From: Eledone cirrhosa
Taxonomy: Eukaryota
DNA: 64,000 nucleotides
Direction of reading: 5' to 3'
Assembly (NCBI GenBank): GCA_964016885.1
Contig: OZ024752.1
Coordinates: 6,820,001-6,884,000, forward strand
Shown: positions 1-14,089 of the stretch, one piece after another
How positions within the stretch are numbered: position 1 is the stretch's first letter
Layout of the letters: every line of letters starts with the position of its first letter
Made by a program: the position numbers and the translations under genes
The notes under the pieces: model-generated
Database searches by the model: none
Seen by the model: the letters and a program-made list of their open reading frames with translations, nothing else
Told to the model about the DNA's origin: nothing

Positions 1-1710
1 TACCTCACATAATATCTCGCATAACATTTACATTACTCTATATATGCTATTGTATTTTCACAGTAAAGACTTTACCTCACATAATATCTCGCATAACATT
101 TACATTACTCTATATATACTATTGTATTGTCACAGTAAAGGCTTTACCTCACATAATATCTCCCATAACATTTACATTACTCTATATATGCTATTGTATT
201 TTCACAGTAAAGACTTTACCTCACATAATATCTCACATAACATTTACATTACTCTATATATACTATTGCATTGTCACAGTAAGGGCTTTACCTCACATAA
301 TATCTCACATAACATTTACATTACTAAATATATACTATTGTATTTTCACAGTAAAGACTTTACCTCACATAATATCTCACATAACATTTACATTACTCTA
401 TATATACTATTGTATTGTCACAGTAAGGGCTTTACCTCACATAATATCTCACATAACATTTACATTACTCTATATTTACTATGGCATTTTCACAGTAAAG
501 GCTTTACCTCACATAATATCTCACATAACATTTACATTACTCTATATATACTATTGTATTTTCACAGTAAAGACTTTACCTCATAATATTTACATTACTC
601 TATATATACTATTGTATTTTCACAGTAAAGGCTTTACCTCACATAATATCTCACATAACATTTACATTACTCTATATATACTATTGTATTTTCACAGTAA
701 AGGCTTTACCTCACATAATATCTCACATAACATTTACATTACTCTATATTTACTATGGCATTTTCACAGTAAAGGCTTTACCTCACATAATATCTCACAT
801 AACATTTACATTACTCTATATATACTATTGTATTTTCACAGTAAAGACTTTACCTCATAATATTTACATTACTCTATATATACTATTGTATTTTCACAGT
901 AAAGGCTTTACCTCACATAATATCTCACATAAATTTACATTACTCTATATTTACTATGGCATTTTCACAGTAAAGGCTTTACCTCACATAATATCTCACA
1001 TAACATTTACATTACTCTATATTTACTATTGTATTTTCACAGTAAAGGCTTTACCTCACATAATATCTCACATAACATTTACATTACTCTATATATACTA
1101 TTGTATTTTCACAGTAAAGGCTTTACCTCACATAATATCTCACATAACATTTACATTACTCTATATATACTATTGTATTTTCACAGTAAAGGCTTTACCT
1201 CACATAATATCTCACATAACATTTACATTACTCTATATTTACTATTGTATTTTCACAGTAAAGGCTTTACCTCACATAATATCTCACATAACATTTATAT
1301 TACTCTATATATACTATTGTATTTTCACAGTAAAGGCTTTACCTCACATAATATCTCACATAACATTTACCTTACTCTATATATACTATTGTATTGTCAC
1401 AGTAAAGGCTTTACCTCACATAATATCTCACATAACATTTACATTACTCTATATATACTATTGCATTTTCACAGTAAAGGCTTTACCTCACATAAATTTA
1501 CATTACTCTATATTTACTATAGCATTTTCACAGTAAAGGCTTTTTACCTCACATAATTATATCACATAGTATGGAATCTATGAGATTTTGATATTTATTT
1601 TGAGAACAATACCTTAAAGTCGATATGAGGGGCCAGTTATGGCTGGTTTGAACAGAAAGAGGTGAGAGCATTCTGGCCGGATATGGCTGGTTTAAATGCT
1701 AAAGAGTTAA
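1..1710 (+). repeat. 72-bp tandem array (about 21 units, runs off the window edge) inside the TTAA MITE
   Basis: Unit tacctcacataatatctcacataacatttacattactctatatatactattgtattttcacagtaaaggctt to about 1555, then the MITE body ending aaagagTTAA at 1710. Confidence 0.92.
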
Positions 1711-2087
1711 TCACATCTGCAAATATGGGAAATAACTCTGAACATATGTTGATCCTATTGGAGCTCCTCAGCAAAACCTAGGTTTGACTGTACTTGCCAA
1801 ACTGGGGGAGAATCATTAAGTAAATTCACAATAACATATACACGTAGACATGGGGAAAAGTAAGCTTATCACTTATCACTGAGTCTAACTACTTAGAAAA
1901 CCTATCTGCATGTAAAAAAACAACAATAGTTCTGCAGAGAACATCAAATATTTGAAATACTTATTCAATAAGACAGCATCAATCCATATTTTAATATTCT
2001 AATGATTTCTGTGAATGAATGTTAAACCACAATAAACAAACTTTAAAAAGCCACTTTCAGCATCATACCAGGAGTTATTTAAACCCA

Positions 2088-2655
2088 CACACACACACAC
2101 ACGCACACATATATATACATATATATACACACACACATATATACACATATATATACATATACATATATACACGCACACATATATACACATATATATACAC
2201 ACACACATATATATATATATACACATATATATACATACACACACACATATATATATATACACATATATATACATATATACACATATATATACATATATAC
2301 ACATATATATACATATATACACATATATATACATATATATACATATATATATACACATATATATGCACACATATATATACACATATATATATACACATAT
2401 ATATACACAAATACATATATACATATACATATATACACACATATACATATATACACACATATACATATATACACACCTACATATATATACACCTACATAT
2501 ATATATACGTACATACACATACACCCACATATATATATATATATATATACACACATACACATACATATACACCCACACATATACATACATACACATACAT
2601 ATACACCCACACATATACATACATACACATACATATACACCCACATATATATATG
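2088..2655. repeat. Compound (CA)/(TA) microsatellite
   Basis: Directly visible. Similar tracts at about 14570-14960, 23325-23930, 29810-30640, 50195-50505, 54690-55035, 55370-55950, 63420-63630. Confidence 0.95.
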
Positions 2656-3284
2656 ATTCTCTCCACCATATATAATAAGCTTATAAATTTCAAGAAAAAA
2701 AAAGTTTACTAAAGATTTTAAAGGGATGAAGAGAGAGATAGAGAGGTGTGGAGAGATAGAGAGAGGGGGGAGATATAAAGAGAGGGCGATGGGAGAGAGA
2801 GGGGGGTAGAAAGTGTGTGTGAGAGAGGGAAAACAGGGAGGAAAAAGAGAAGGGGGAAAAAGTGTGAGAGAGAGGGGGGAATGTGAAAAAGAGAGATGGA
2901 ATTATTTTTGAGGTTTTAATATAAAATTTTAAGAAACCCCCCACCCCACAACCGCCACCCCAGGCCTGTCTCCAGCTCTACATACATCTGTCAGTACATC
3001 TCCCTCTCTCTCTCCCCTGTCAGTAGGTCTCTCCCCCCCTCTCTCCCCTGTCAGTAGGTCTCTCTCCCCTCTCTCTTCCATCAGTAGGTCTCCCCCCTCC
3101 CTTTATAAAAATAAAGAATTAATTTCCATAAGATTCTTATTAAATTTTATATTTTCCAAGATTTTCACTTGAAGAAAATAAAGCTGAGGATTTTAAAGTG
3201 TGTGTGTGTGTGTGTGGGGGGGGGGGGTAATACATGTGTATGTGTGTGTATATATGTACTTTTGTGCGTGTATATATGTGCCTG

Positions 3285-4265
3285 TGTTACACAGTACAAC
3301 ATCACACTGTGTAACACAGTACAACATCACACCATGTAACACAGTACAACATTACACTGTGTAACAGTACATCACACCGTGTAACACAGTACATCACTAC
3401 ACCATGTAACACAGTACATCACTACACCATGTAACACAGTACATCACACCATGTAACAGAGTACATCACTACACCATGTAACACAGTACATCACTACACC
3501 ATGTAACACAGTACATCACTACACCATGTAACACAGTACATCACTACACCATGTAACACAGTACATCACACCGTGTAACACAGTACATCACTACACCATG
3601 TAACACAGTACATCACACCGTGTAACACAGTACATCACTACACCATGTAACACAGTACATCACACCGTGTAACACAGTACATCACTACACCATGTAACAC
3701 AGTACATCACACCATGTAACAGTACATCACACCATGTTACACAGTACAACATTACACTGTGTAACACAGTACAACATTACACTGTGTAACAGTACATCAC
3801 ACCATGTAACACAGTACATCATCACACCATGTTACACAGTACATCATCACACCATGTTACACAGTACATCACACCATGTAACAGAGTACATCATCACACC
3901 ATGTTACACAGTACATCATCACACCATGTTACACAGTACATCACACCATGTAACACAGTGCATCACACCATGTAACACAGTGCATCACACCATGTAACAG
4001 AGTACATCATCACACATGTTACACAGTACATCACACCATGTAACACAGTACATCACACCATGTAACAGAGTACATCATCACACCATGTAACAGAGTACAT
4101 CATCACACCATGTAACACAGTACATCATCACACCATGTAACACAGTACATCACACCATGTAACAGAGTACATCATCACACCATGTAACAGAGTACATCAC
4201 ACTATGTAACAGTACTCTGTTACATGGTGTGATGTACTGTGTTACCATCACACCATGTTACACCG
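3285..4265. repeat. 22-25 bp minisatellite
   Basis: Unit catgtaacacagtacatca(tca/cta)cac. Confidence 0.93.
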
Positions 4266-4586
4266 TTCTTTAACCAATGTATGTCAGAGAAGATGTCTGG
4301 CCTTCATTCCTGATATCAGAAATGAGATAAAAGACTGAAGACGCAGCAGTAAGATAGCAAATGAACTGGAAAGCAACACAGGTCATCTGCTTCTACAGTA
4401 TTTCAGATAAAACCAGACCGGACTAATGTCAAACTGTGTCTAGAATAAAATAACTTTTTCACTTTTTCACTTTTTCACAGAATATCTTTTTTGCAATATT
4501 TTATATCCATTCATCTATACATCATCATCATTGTTTTAACATCTGCTTTCCTTGCTAGTAAGGGTTCGACTATGTTTGTGTATATA

Positions 4587-4619
<33 letters not shown>

Positions 4620-4633
4620 TTAATAGAGAAATG

Positions 4634-4674
4634 GCTTCTATAGGGCTAGAACTGATTCATTCGACGGAAATCAT
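4634..4674 (-). pseudogene. Truncated, degenerate family A hammerhead copy
   Basis: Minus strand ..ATGA T TTC cgtc GAA T GAAT CAG ttctagcc CTATA GAAGC. The 5' core is missing and GAAA is mutated; flanked by (TA)n. Confidence 0.55.
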
Positions 4675-4784
4675 TGTATATATATATATATATGTATGCA
4701 AAAGGTAAACAGAAATAACAACACAATCAGTACAGTATATGGAAGAGATATATTAGGTTAACGCTTGATATAGCAGGAAGAGGG

Positions 4785-4820
4785 TCTTAATGTTTCGGAC
4801 GCTAGTCCTTCATCAGAAAA
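4785..4820 (-). ncRNA. Hammerhead-like motif with weak stem I
   Basis: Minus strand tttt-CTGATGA-a-GGAC tagc GTCC-GAAACATTA-agac. Core and stem II are clear; stems I and III are marginal. Confidence 0.55.
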
Positions 4821-4861
4821 AAGAAGGAAAAATAAGATAGATTGAGGGGACGGGCGGGTTG

Positions 4862-4907
<46 letters not shown>

Positions 4908-5081
4908 GTTATTCCGGGTTGAGTCGGAGGTAACCACAGTAAGTAAGGTACTCAATATATTGCAGAGTATAAAAGTGTTAATATAAATGAGATTCTACAG
5001 GACTAGAACTGTTTCATTCTTTAGAAATCATCAGGAATCCAGTGAAACAGTTCTAGTCCTGTAGAATCTCATCTATATTAA

Positions 5082-5084
<3 letters not shown>
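4908..5084 (-). mobile_element. Short non-autonomous Penelope-like/retrozyme element (family A) with inverted partial duplication
   Basis: Hammerhead followed by a tail (TATTGAGTACCTTACTTACTGTGGTTACCTCCGACTCAACCCGGAATAAC) that recurs at about 18460-18518 and 18800-18880. 5043-5084 is an inverted copy of about 4976-5017. (TA)n on both sides. Confidence 0.65.
4991..5039 (-). ncRNA. Type I hammerhead ribozyme motif (family A)
   Basis: Minus strand GATTC-CTGATGA-T TTC taaa GAA T-GAAACAG ttctagtc CTGTA^GAATC: stem I GATTC/GAATC, stem III ACAG/CTGT, GUA triplet. The base of stem II is a U-U mismatch. Confidence 0.8.
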
Positions 5085-5127
<43 letters not shown>

Positions 5128-5422
5128 TCTAATGAAAAACACTGTCTATGATTTTCAAATAATTTTGAAAATAGAATAATATGAAGGGGCTGAAACATTC
5201 ATCGACTGACTATGAAGGAGTGATGCTAGAGTTATCTTGCATACATTAATTTCAACTTTTTTTATTAATAACTGCATTGTTTCTTTCATTTGGCCATTCC
5301 ATGAGAGTATCTTGGTCAGCCAACCTTCATATAACTAGCTTTCTCATTATGAAGATGGTGTATGAAACAAAACTCAAAGATTCTTACGTAAAATTATGAT
5401 TTTTTAGATAAATATAAAAACT

Positions 5423-5633
5423 TTAACCCTTTATTAATTAAACCAGCCGTATCTGGCCAGAATTCCCTCACCTCTTTTTATTCAAACTGGCTGTAACCAG
5501 CTGCTCATACTGATGTTAAGATATTGTTCTCAAAATAAATAATATCTCATAGATTCAATATTATGTGAGATAAAGCCTTTACCATGAAAATATAATAGTA
5601 TATATAAAGTAATGTAAATGGTAAAAGGGTTAA
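5423..5633 (-). mobile_element. TTAA-flanked piggyBac-like MITE (unexpanded copy)
   Basis: TTAACCCTTT...AAAGGGTTAA ends. Same internal sequence at 37457-37663, 43216-45512 and 1-1710. Confidence 0.7.
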
Positions 5634-5759
5634 AACAAACAGTTTTGGGTTGTAAAACAACAGGCAGTATCAGACAATTTGGTATGGAAAAATCTAAAGA
5701 AAAAACATCAGAAATCACTGGTTAGTTAACTATTTCTCAGGATATTGAGACATTGTAGT

Positions 5760-6240
5760 GTACAAAACATCTAGAATCAGGAATTTCCAAATTAATCTAA
5801 CACAACAATCCCAGTCTTTTTTTAAATTTCTATCTACACTTCCTATAACTTCACAAAACACACAGATGCAGATGGCATCACAAGTTACATGCTTCTGCCA
5901 TTATTCTACAGATACAGCTGCAAAACTACTCCAAACTCAAAAACAACCACCTAGAAACCTGGCTCTGCAACAACAGACTACCTCTATCCCACACAACAGA
6001 CTACTTCTATCCCACACTAAATTGTCTTCACTTTCTTACTAAGCAACATCAAAGAACATGAGCCATAACTAACTATTACTCTGATCATAAACACACCGCA
6101 TAGTGAGAAGAGAAGAAAATAAGAGTAACTATCTACAGAACTTCCACAACATACAGGATGACAGAAGTTAATAATGAAATGATAGACCAGCACCAGTGCA
6201 ACACTGAGAGCTATTACATATGGCCGACACCGAAACAATA
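5760..6240 (+). mobile_element. Degraded non-LTR reverse transcriptase fragment
   Basis: Across frameshifts: SPVFF..LSTLP...DADGIT (from YADDIT)...TAAKLLQT...NHLETWLCNNRL, the usual order of LINE RT C-terminal motifs. Confidence 0.55.
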
Positions 6241-7461
6241 ATACTTCAAGATTTAAGCTAAATTACATGTAGATAAAACTACTGCTAATTAGATGCCTTT
6301 GGCTGTGAAAAGAATGAACTAGTGAAGGGGAAACACTTAACAATTCCTCCCTAGTCAGAAGAATATAACAAATTAACCTTATGTTGCATTTCAGATATTT
6401 ATGTCTCCTCATCAGAGAATATCTACCTCTATAAATTTGAGTATGAAGGAATATTACTATATTATTACACGGAGGGAGAGACAAGGTATATTGGGGATGA
6501 TGGCCTATCGCCATAGTAATTCTCAGATGGCTGGATGACCACACCACTCTAACCTTTTCAAATCTTCCACCAATATCCATAGAGTATGGAGAGCTCTTCA
6601 CTTGAGTTAATGATGGCCTCTCTAGTGTCAATGCCATGATAAATGCACCCTATAAGGTTGTTAGTGATAGGGAGGGGACCCTAATGTAGAAACCATGCCA
6701 AAAGGGTCAAAAGAACTCCAGTGTTGGTACATTAAATGCTATTTGCACCCAGTACACTCTGAAGTGATTAGCAATAGAAAGGGCACACTGCTGTAGAAAC
6801 TAGATGTCCTAGTTGTGTCAGGAGCTCAACACTCACTCTAGTGTTAGTGGATTACAATATATACACCCAGTACACTCTGTAAAGTGGTTGGTGAGGGCAT
6901 CCAGCTGTTGAAAACTTACAAAACAACGGGTTTGCACGACTCTTCAGCTGTACTGATGATGAAGACTGTGGTTTTGGAGAGTTAACTATGTGTCCTCTAT
7001 TACAGGGGACGACAAAGAGAACAATGTCACTATTCTTATACGACAAACTGTTTCTAAAACTGCGTCGTATTAAGAAATATAATCCGAGTGTTGCCTTCTT
7101 TATTAACAATTCATGTATTGAATTATGAAACTAAAACATCATGCTACATATAACTCTGACAGTATGACATGTTACAGTTGTCAGGCCAGGGCCAGGCTGG
7201 GGCACTACCATAACTGGCTTGATTAGGTAGAATGGCTAATGAACATAAGAGGAGGCTGTTACTCTGAGAGAGGGAGGGGAGATGGGGAGGTATAGGAGGG
7301 AGAGATAGGGGGAGGTAGAGGAGAGTAAGATAGGGAGAGGGGGAGGTAGGGAGAGAGATAGAAAAAGAGAGATAGGAAGAGAGAGAGAGAGAGAAAAAGA
7401 GAGGTAGATAGGGAGAGAGAGAGATAGGGATAAATAGGGGAAGAGAGATAGAGAGATGGGG

Positions 7462-7517
<56 letters not shown>

Positions 7518-7656
7518 AAATAAAAGAAATGCTCCAAAGTTCTTTTTACAGATTAGATTAAATTACAGACAAAATTTAATCTTTGTAAAGAGTTTGATAA
7601 TAATAATAATAATAATATGTGTAATATAAAGTACACACACTGTCATTATAGACATA

Positions 7657-7792
7657 CTAGCAGATGTACTCGGCGTTGCTCGGGAAATGAATGGCAGCCT
7701 GTTTGTCCGTAACGGCCTAGTACTTCAAAAGTTAAAAGGAGCCTAGTATTTGTACACAGACAGACAGACAGACTTGCTTTTATATATATAGA
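7657..7792 (-). mobile_element. Short non-autonomous Helitron
   Basis: Minus strand 5' TCTATATATATAAAAGC(TGTC)n ... CGAGCAACGCCGAGTACATCTGCTAG 3', at an A|T site. Confidence 0.72.
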
Positions 7793-9509
7793 TACACACT
7801 GTCATTATAGACATACACACACAGTCATTATAGACATACACACACAGTCATTATAGACATACACACACAGTCATTATAGACATACACACACAGTCATTAT
7901 AGACATACACACACAGTCATTATAGACACACAGTCATTATAGACACACAGTCATTATAGACACACAGTCATTATAGACACACACACACAGTCATTATAGA
8001 CATACACACACACACACTGTAACCAATGGTGTAGTAGTGACCAATAGTTTAGTACTGACATAGCTATGTTGTCAAGAAGTCCACTTTGGTATCCAACTGG
8101 TTCCAACATGAAGTATCTTCTCTTTTACCATAGCATCAGTTGACCACTGCCTTGTGAGTAGAATTTGGTAGACAGTGTCTGTGCAGAAGCCCATCATATA
8201 CATACATTAAACACCCAAGAAACCTCCTATGAGGCGTACCCTCTAATGAAAGACTCTACCTATGATTTCCAAATAATTTTGAAAGTAATCAACAATTTGA
8301 AGGGATTTCGTTATATAACTAACTTTTTCATTAGTAGGTTAGAAAACAAAGGCTGTAACATAAAATTAGAATTGTTTCTACGTTTGGCACAAGGCCAGCA
8401 ATTACCCAGTGTATTACTGGTACTTTATTTTATCGACCCCGTAAGGATGAAAGGCAAAGTTAACCTCGGTGGGATTTGAACTCAGAATGGCAGGGCTGTA
8501 ACTCTATACGTCAAAACATAGCGTCCGACCCTCTACCGATACTGCCAATCCACCACCCATGGTGTCCGACCCTCTACCGATACTGCCAATCCACCGCCCA
8601 TAGCGTCCGACCCTCCACCGCACATGGCGTCCGAGCCTCTACCGATACTGCCAATCCACCACCCATGGTGTCCGACCCTCTACCGATACTGCCAATCCAC
8701 CGCCCATAGCGTCCGACCCTCCACCGCACATGGCGTCCGACCCTCTACCGATACTGCCAATCCACCACCCATGGTGTCCGACCCTCCACCGATACTGCCA
8801 ATCCACCGCCCTATGTAACATAAAATTATAATGGAAGGTTTTTAGATAAATACGAGACCACACGTGACCTGTTGGGTGACAGGTCGTCTGGTATTATATA
8901 GAGAGAGGGTTATAATATATATAGAGAGAGAGGGGTTTGTAATATATATAGAGAGGGGGGGGGGTTATAATATATGTAGAAAGAGAGGGGGTTATAATAT
9001 ATATATATAGAGAGAGAGGGATTTATAATATATAGAGAGAGGGGGTTGTAATATATATATAGAGAGAGGGAGTTATAATATATATATATAGAGAAGGGGC
9101 TTATAATATATATATAGAGAGGGAGGGGTATAATATATATAGAGAGAGAGGGGGTTATAATATATATATATAGAGAGAGGGTTATAATATATATAGAGAG
9201 AGGGGGTTATAATATATATATAGAGAGAGGGGGTTATAATATATATAGAGAGAGAGGGGGTTATAATATATATATAGAGAGAGAGGGTCATTGGTTATCA
9301 TGGAGCTGTTGGCTATTTATGAAGGTGCCCAGAAAAACCCTGTATCTCGGGAACCCGTATTCCGATTTACACGAAACTTGTTTTATTCCATTTGTATTCC
9401 CATTTCAGGGGCAACTTCCTTTCAAAGTATTTCCTCATCATGCACCGTTTTGACTATTAAATTACAGAGAAGCACACAATCGCAGAGTTTTAGTAGATAG
9501 ATAGATATT

Positions 9510-9755
9510 GTTGTAGAACAAGGGGTAGTTTCAGGGAGGTTGGTAGAACAAGGGGTAGTTTCAGGGAGGTTGGTAGAACAAGGGGTAGTTTCAGGGAGGT
9601 TGGTAGAACAAGGGGTAGTTTCAGGGAGGTTGATAGAACAAGGGGTAGTTTCAGGGAGGTTGATAGAACAAGGGGTAGTTTCAGGGAGGTTGATGGAACA
9701 AGGGGTAGTTTCAGGGAGGTTGGTAGAACAAGGGGTAGTTTCAGGGAGGTTGGTA
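9510..9755. repeat. 30-bp G-rich minisatellite (about 8 units)
   Basis: Unit tggtagaacaaggggtagtttcagggaggt. Confidence 0.95.
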
Positions 9756-10594
9756 TCAAAAGGGTTAGGTTGATTCATAATGTAAATATTGTAATATTTA
9801 AACCTTTTAACATGTGGCTGACTGAAACGACCACTGGTTCTGTAGTACAAAACTGACTTAAAGTGCTTATATTTATCTAAATATTTTCATTATTATTTTT
9901 TGGCAGTATCGGTAGAGGGTTGGACACCATGCTTTGACGCATAGAGTTACGGCCCTTGCCATTCTGAGTTCAAATCTCGCCGAGGTTAACTTTGCCTTTG
10001 ATCCTTACGGGGTCGATAAAATAAAGTACCAGTAATGTGCCAAAAGTAGAAACAATTATTATTTTATGTAAGAAACTTTTTTAAGTTACAATTGCAAACA
10101 TCAGATAAATAATGAGCAAGATATATTACCAAATCCTTCAAAATTATTGATTATTTTCAAAATTATTTGAAAACCATCGACAGTCATTAGAAATGTTGCC
10201 ATATAATATAGAGTCTGCTAATACTTATGATGATTCCTCATGTGAAGATTATATCATTTCAGTAGAGATTAACAATTGGATAAGGTTCTTGCTTCCCCTT
10301 CTGCCAAAATGTTAAGATTAATTTCTCCAGAATGGCATTTGCCCCTTATCTAATCCACCTTGACCTAATCCAAGGATAAAAGACAGATTACCTCTAAAAC
10401 AAATAGACCTTGTAGACAAGGGCATAAATTATCATACAGAAGACAAACAGACAGACTTTGTAAGGAAGGACATAAATTAGAGTTGCTGGTTACTAGTTTG
10501 ATAAGAGATAAAATCTAAATGTGTTTAGTTTAGAAGTTCCTGCGCAGAAGAAATCTATTTTCTTGTCATCAGTGCACTATTATTTATCCACAGT

Positions 10595-11033
10595 TCTGCC
10601 CTTCTGCCTTAGATATATAATTAACATGTCCCTCTGCCTTAGATATATAGCTAAGATGTCTCTCTGTCTTAGATATATAACTAAGATGTCCCTGTGTCTT
10701 ATATATATAGCTAAAAGGTCTGTCTTAGATATATAACTAAGATGTTCCTCTGTCTTATATATATAACTAAGATGTCCCTCTGCTTTAGATATAGAACTAA
10801 GATGTCCCTCTGCTTTAGATATAGAGCTAAGAGGTCCCTCTGCCTTAGATATATAACTAAGATGTCCCTCTGTCTTAGATATAGAGCTAAGATGTCCCTC
10901 TGCCTTAGATATATAACTAAGATGCCTCTCTGCCTTAGATATATAGCTAAAAGGTCTCCCTACCTTAGATATATAACTAAGAGGTGTCTCTACCTTAGAT
11001 ATATAACTAAGATGCCTCTCTGCCTTAGATATA
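10595..11033. repeat. 30-bp minisatellite (about 14 units)
   Basis: Unit ctctgccttagatatataactaagatgtcc. Confidence 0.93.
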
Positions 11034-11770
11034 CTAGCAGAAAAATCACCCTTCGGGTGGTTTTCTGCTAGCATGTGTAGTGTGTATATTGATATTATAC
11101 GCAAGTATATATACATGTAGATATGATACATCAAATAAAGTTTTAATTGACAATATACACAGAAATTGAACGAAGACGTTGTTACACTGTCTTATGTAAT
11201 CAGTAACGTAATCCATGATACATTAAAAAAAGACGATATTATATATAAACTGCATTAGGAGAAAATTAGTATGTTTATTTAAGTGATCACCACCGGAAGT
11301 GTTGACATCACACACTCTCTCTTTCTCTATATATGGTAGTTGAAGTGGTGGTGGTGGTGGCGATGATATACCGGAAGAGCAACTTTGAAAAGAAGTCAAT
11401 TTTAAATTATTTATTTTTAAGAAATTTTATTTTTGTTTACGAAATTTAGTAGATAAATTATGTAATATTCATTCATTATTTATTCAAGGGCGGTGGATTG
11501 GCAGTATCGGTAGAGGGTCGGACGTCATGCTTTCCAGCATAGTTACGTCCCTTTACGATCTGAGTTCAAATCCCGCCGAGGTTGACTTTGCCTTTCATCC
11601 TTACGGGGTCGATAAAATAAAGTACCAGTAATGCACTGGGTAATTGCTGGCCTTGTGCCAAAAAGTAGAAACAATTATTTATTCAAAGTAATCCAACTTA
11701 TTTTACTAACGGGATAAAAAAAAAATAAACCATACACAGTCCCGCAGACCTTCCTTTATTATAGTTTAGA
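11034..11770 (-). mobile_element. Non-autonomous Helitron with a nested SINE
   Basis: Minus strand starts TCTAAACTATAATAAAGG and ends with a hairpin plus CTAG. Inserted between A and T with no TSD; removing it restores the host 30-bp unit (ccttagatata|taactaagagg). Confidence 0.75.
11487..11680 (+). mobile_element. tRNA-derived SINE family 1 (representative copy)
   Basis: A box TGGCAGTATCGG, B box GAGTTCAAATCC, core GCCTTTCATCCTTACGGGGTCGATAAAATAAAGTACCAG. Other copies or fragments at about 8372(-), 9900(+), 24052(+), 24278(+), 34280(-), 40338/40522/40720(+), 46945(-), 49613(-), 56150(-), 59195(+), 59625(-), 62795(-). Confidence 0.9.
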
Positions 11771-12639
11771 TAACTAAGAGGTCTCTCTAAGATTAGTTTA
11801 GAAATAAGTTCCTCTACCTAGCTGACATTGATATACATTTTAGTAGCAGCTGTTTTGGTTATATCCAAGATACTTTATATATATGGTGATGGTGATGGTG
11901 ATAATGATGGATATTTTTATGCCTTTAGTAAATAGTTGTGGAAAACTGTTGGAAAAAACTGCATGTTTGGTTAAATGTGGCTTAAGTTGGCAGGAGTTGA
12001 TATTTCTAGAGAGATAATCAGAGATGTCTGACAATGGAAGAGGTTCAGCTCAACTTTAGTTAAGAAATTAATGAGAATTTCAGTTTATAGTCAGAACATT
12101 TCATTAGTTCCAGTCTTGGTAATTTCTTCATTTACAGTGAATTAAAGTGAACTGGCATCATCACCACCACCACCACCACCACCATCATTATTATTATACC
12201 TAAGTTTTTCAATTCTGGGATGGGTTGGACATCTCTCACTCTCCCTGTCCCCCCCTCTCTCTCACTCACTTTGTCTCCCCCTCTACCCCTCTCTCACTCT
12301 CCCTCACTCTGTCCCACTCTCCCACCCTCTCTATCTACCCCTCTCTATCTACCCCTCTCTATCTACCCCTCTCTCTCACTCTCTCCCCTGCTCTCTCTCT
12401 ATCTACCCCACTCTCCCCCCTCTCTATCTACCCCACTCTCCCTCTCTCTCTATCTACCCATCTCTTTCTCTCCCACCCCCTCTCTCTCTCTCTATCTACC
12501 CCCTCTCCCATCCACCCCCACCTCCCTCCAATATCCTTTTTCTTCAAATGCTGATTTATTGAAAGATAATTATTTCTGCTGAGATAAAATTATTATTAAT
12601 TAATGACTTAATCTGTTGAAAGAATTCATTGTATTTATC

Positions 12640-13792
12640 ACACACCACACACCACACACGTTAACATATTAACACACACTAACACACACACTAACACCTC
12701 ACACTAACACACACACTAACACACACACTAACACCACACACTAACACCACACACTAACACACACACTAACACACACACTAACACACACACTAACACCACA
12801 CACTAACACACACACTAACACCACACACTAACACCACACACACTAACACACACACTAACACCACACACTAACACCACACACTAACACCACACACACTAAC
12901 ACACACTAACACCACACACTAACACCACACACTAACACCACACACACTAACACACACACTAACACCACACACTAACACACACACTAACACCACACACTAA
13001 CACACACACTAACACCACACACTAACACCACACACTAACACCACACACAAACACCACACACTAACACCACACACTAACACCACACACTAACACCACACAC
13101 ACTAACACACACACTAACACCACACACTAACACCACACACTAACACACACACTAACACCACACACTAACACCACACACTAACACCACACACTAACACACA
13201 CACTAACACCACACACTAACACCACACACTAACACCACACACTAACACCACACACACTAACACACACACTAACACACACACTAACACACACACTAACACC
13301 ACACACTAACACCTCACACTAACACACACACTAACACCACACACTAACACACACACTAACACACACACTAACACACACAGTAACACCACACACTAACACC
13401 ACACACACTAACACACACACTAACACCACACACTAACACACACTAACACCACACACGCTAACACCACACACACACTAACACCACACACACTAACACTACA
13501 CACTAACACACACACACTAACACACACACTAACACCACACACTAACACACACACTAACACACACACTAACACACACACTAACACACACACTAACACCACA
13601 CACTAACACCACACACACACTAACACCACACACACGCACTAACACCACACACACGCACTAACACCACACACTAACACACACTAACACCACACACTAACAA
13701 ACACTAACACCACACGCTAACACACACTAACACCACACACTAACACACATTAACACCACACACACTAACACACACATTAACACCACACACTA
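12640..13792. repeat. 12-13 bp (CACACACTAA-type) satellite
   Basis: Units actaacacacac / actaacaccacac. Confidence 0.93.
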
Positions 13793-13896
13793 AATGGGAC
13801 ACATCTCTACACACACACAGTTATCTACAATGCAGTGCTTTATATTACACACACACACAGCCATGTATAAACACACGTATGCACACACACACAACT

Positions 13897-13951
<55 letters not shown>

Positions 13952-14047
13952 ACACACAGCCATTTATATATATGTACAATAATATACTTTATATACACAC
14001 AATACCAACCATTTATATACACACAGCCTGTTATATCATATACAGCC

Positions 14048-14089
<42 letters not shown>

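Noticed and set aside
12640-13792. Possible interstitial telomeric repeat
   Set aside because: The reverse strand reads TTAGTGTGTG(G), not TTAGGG or TTAGG.
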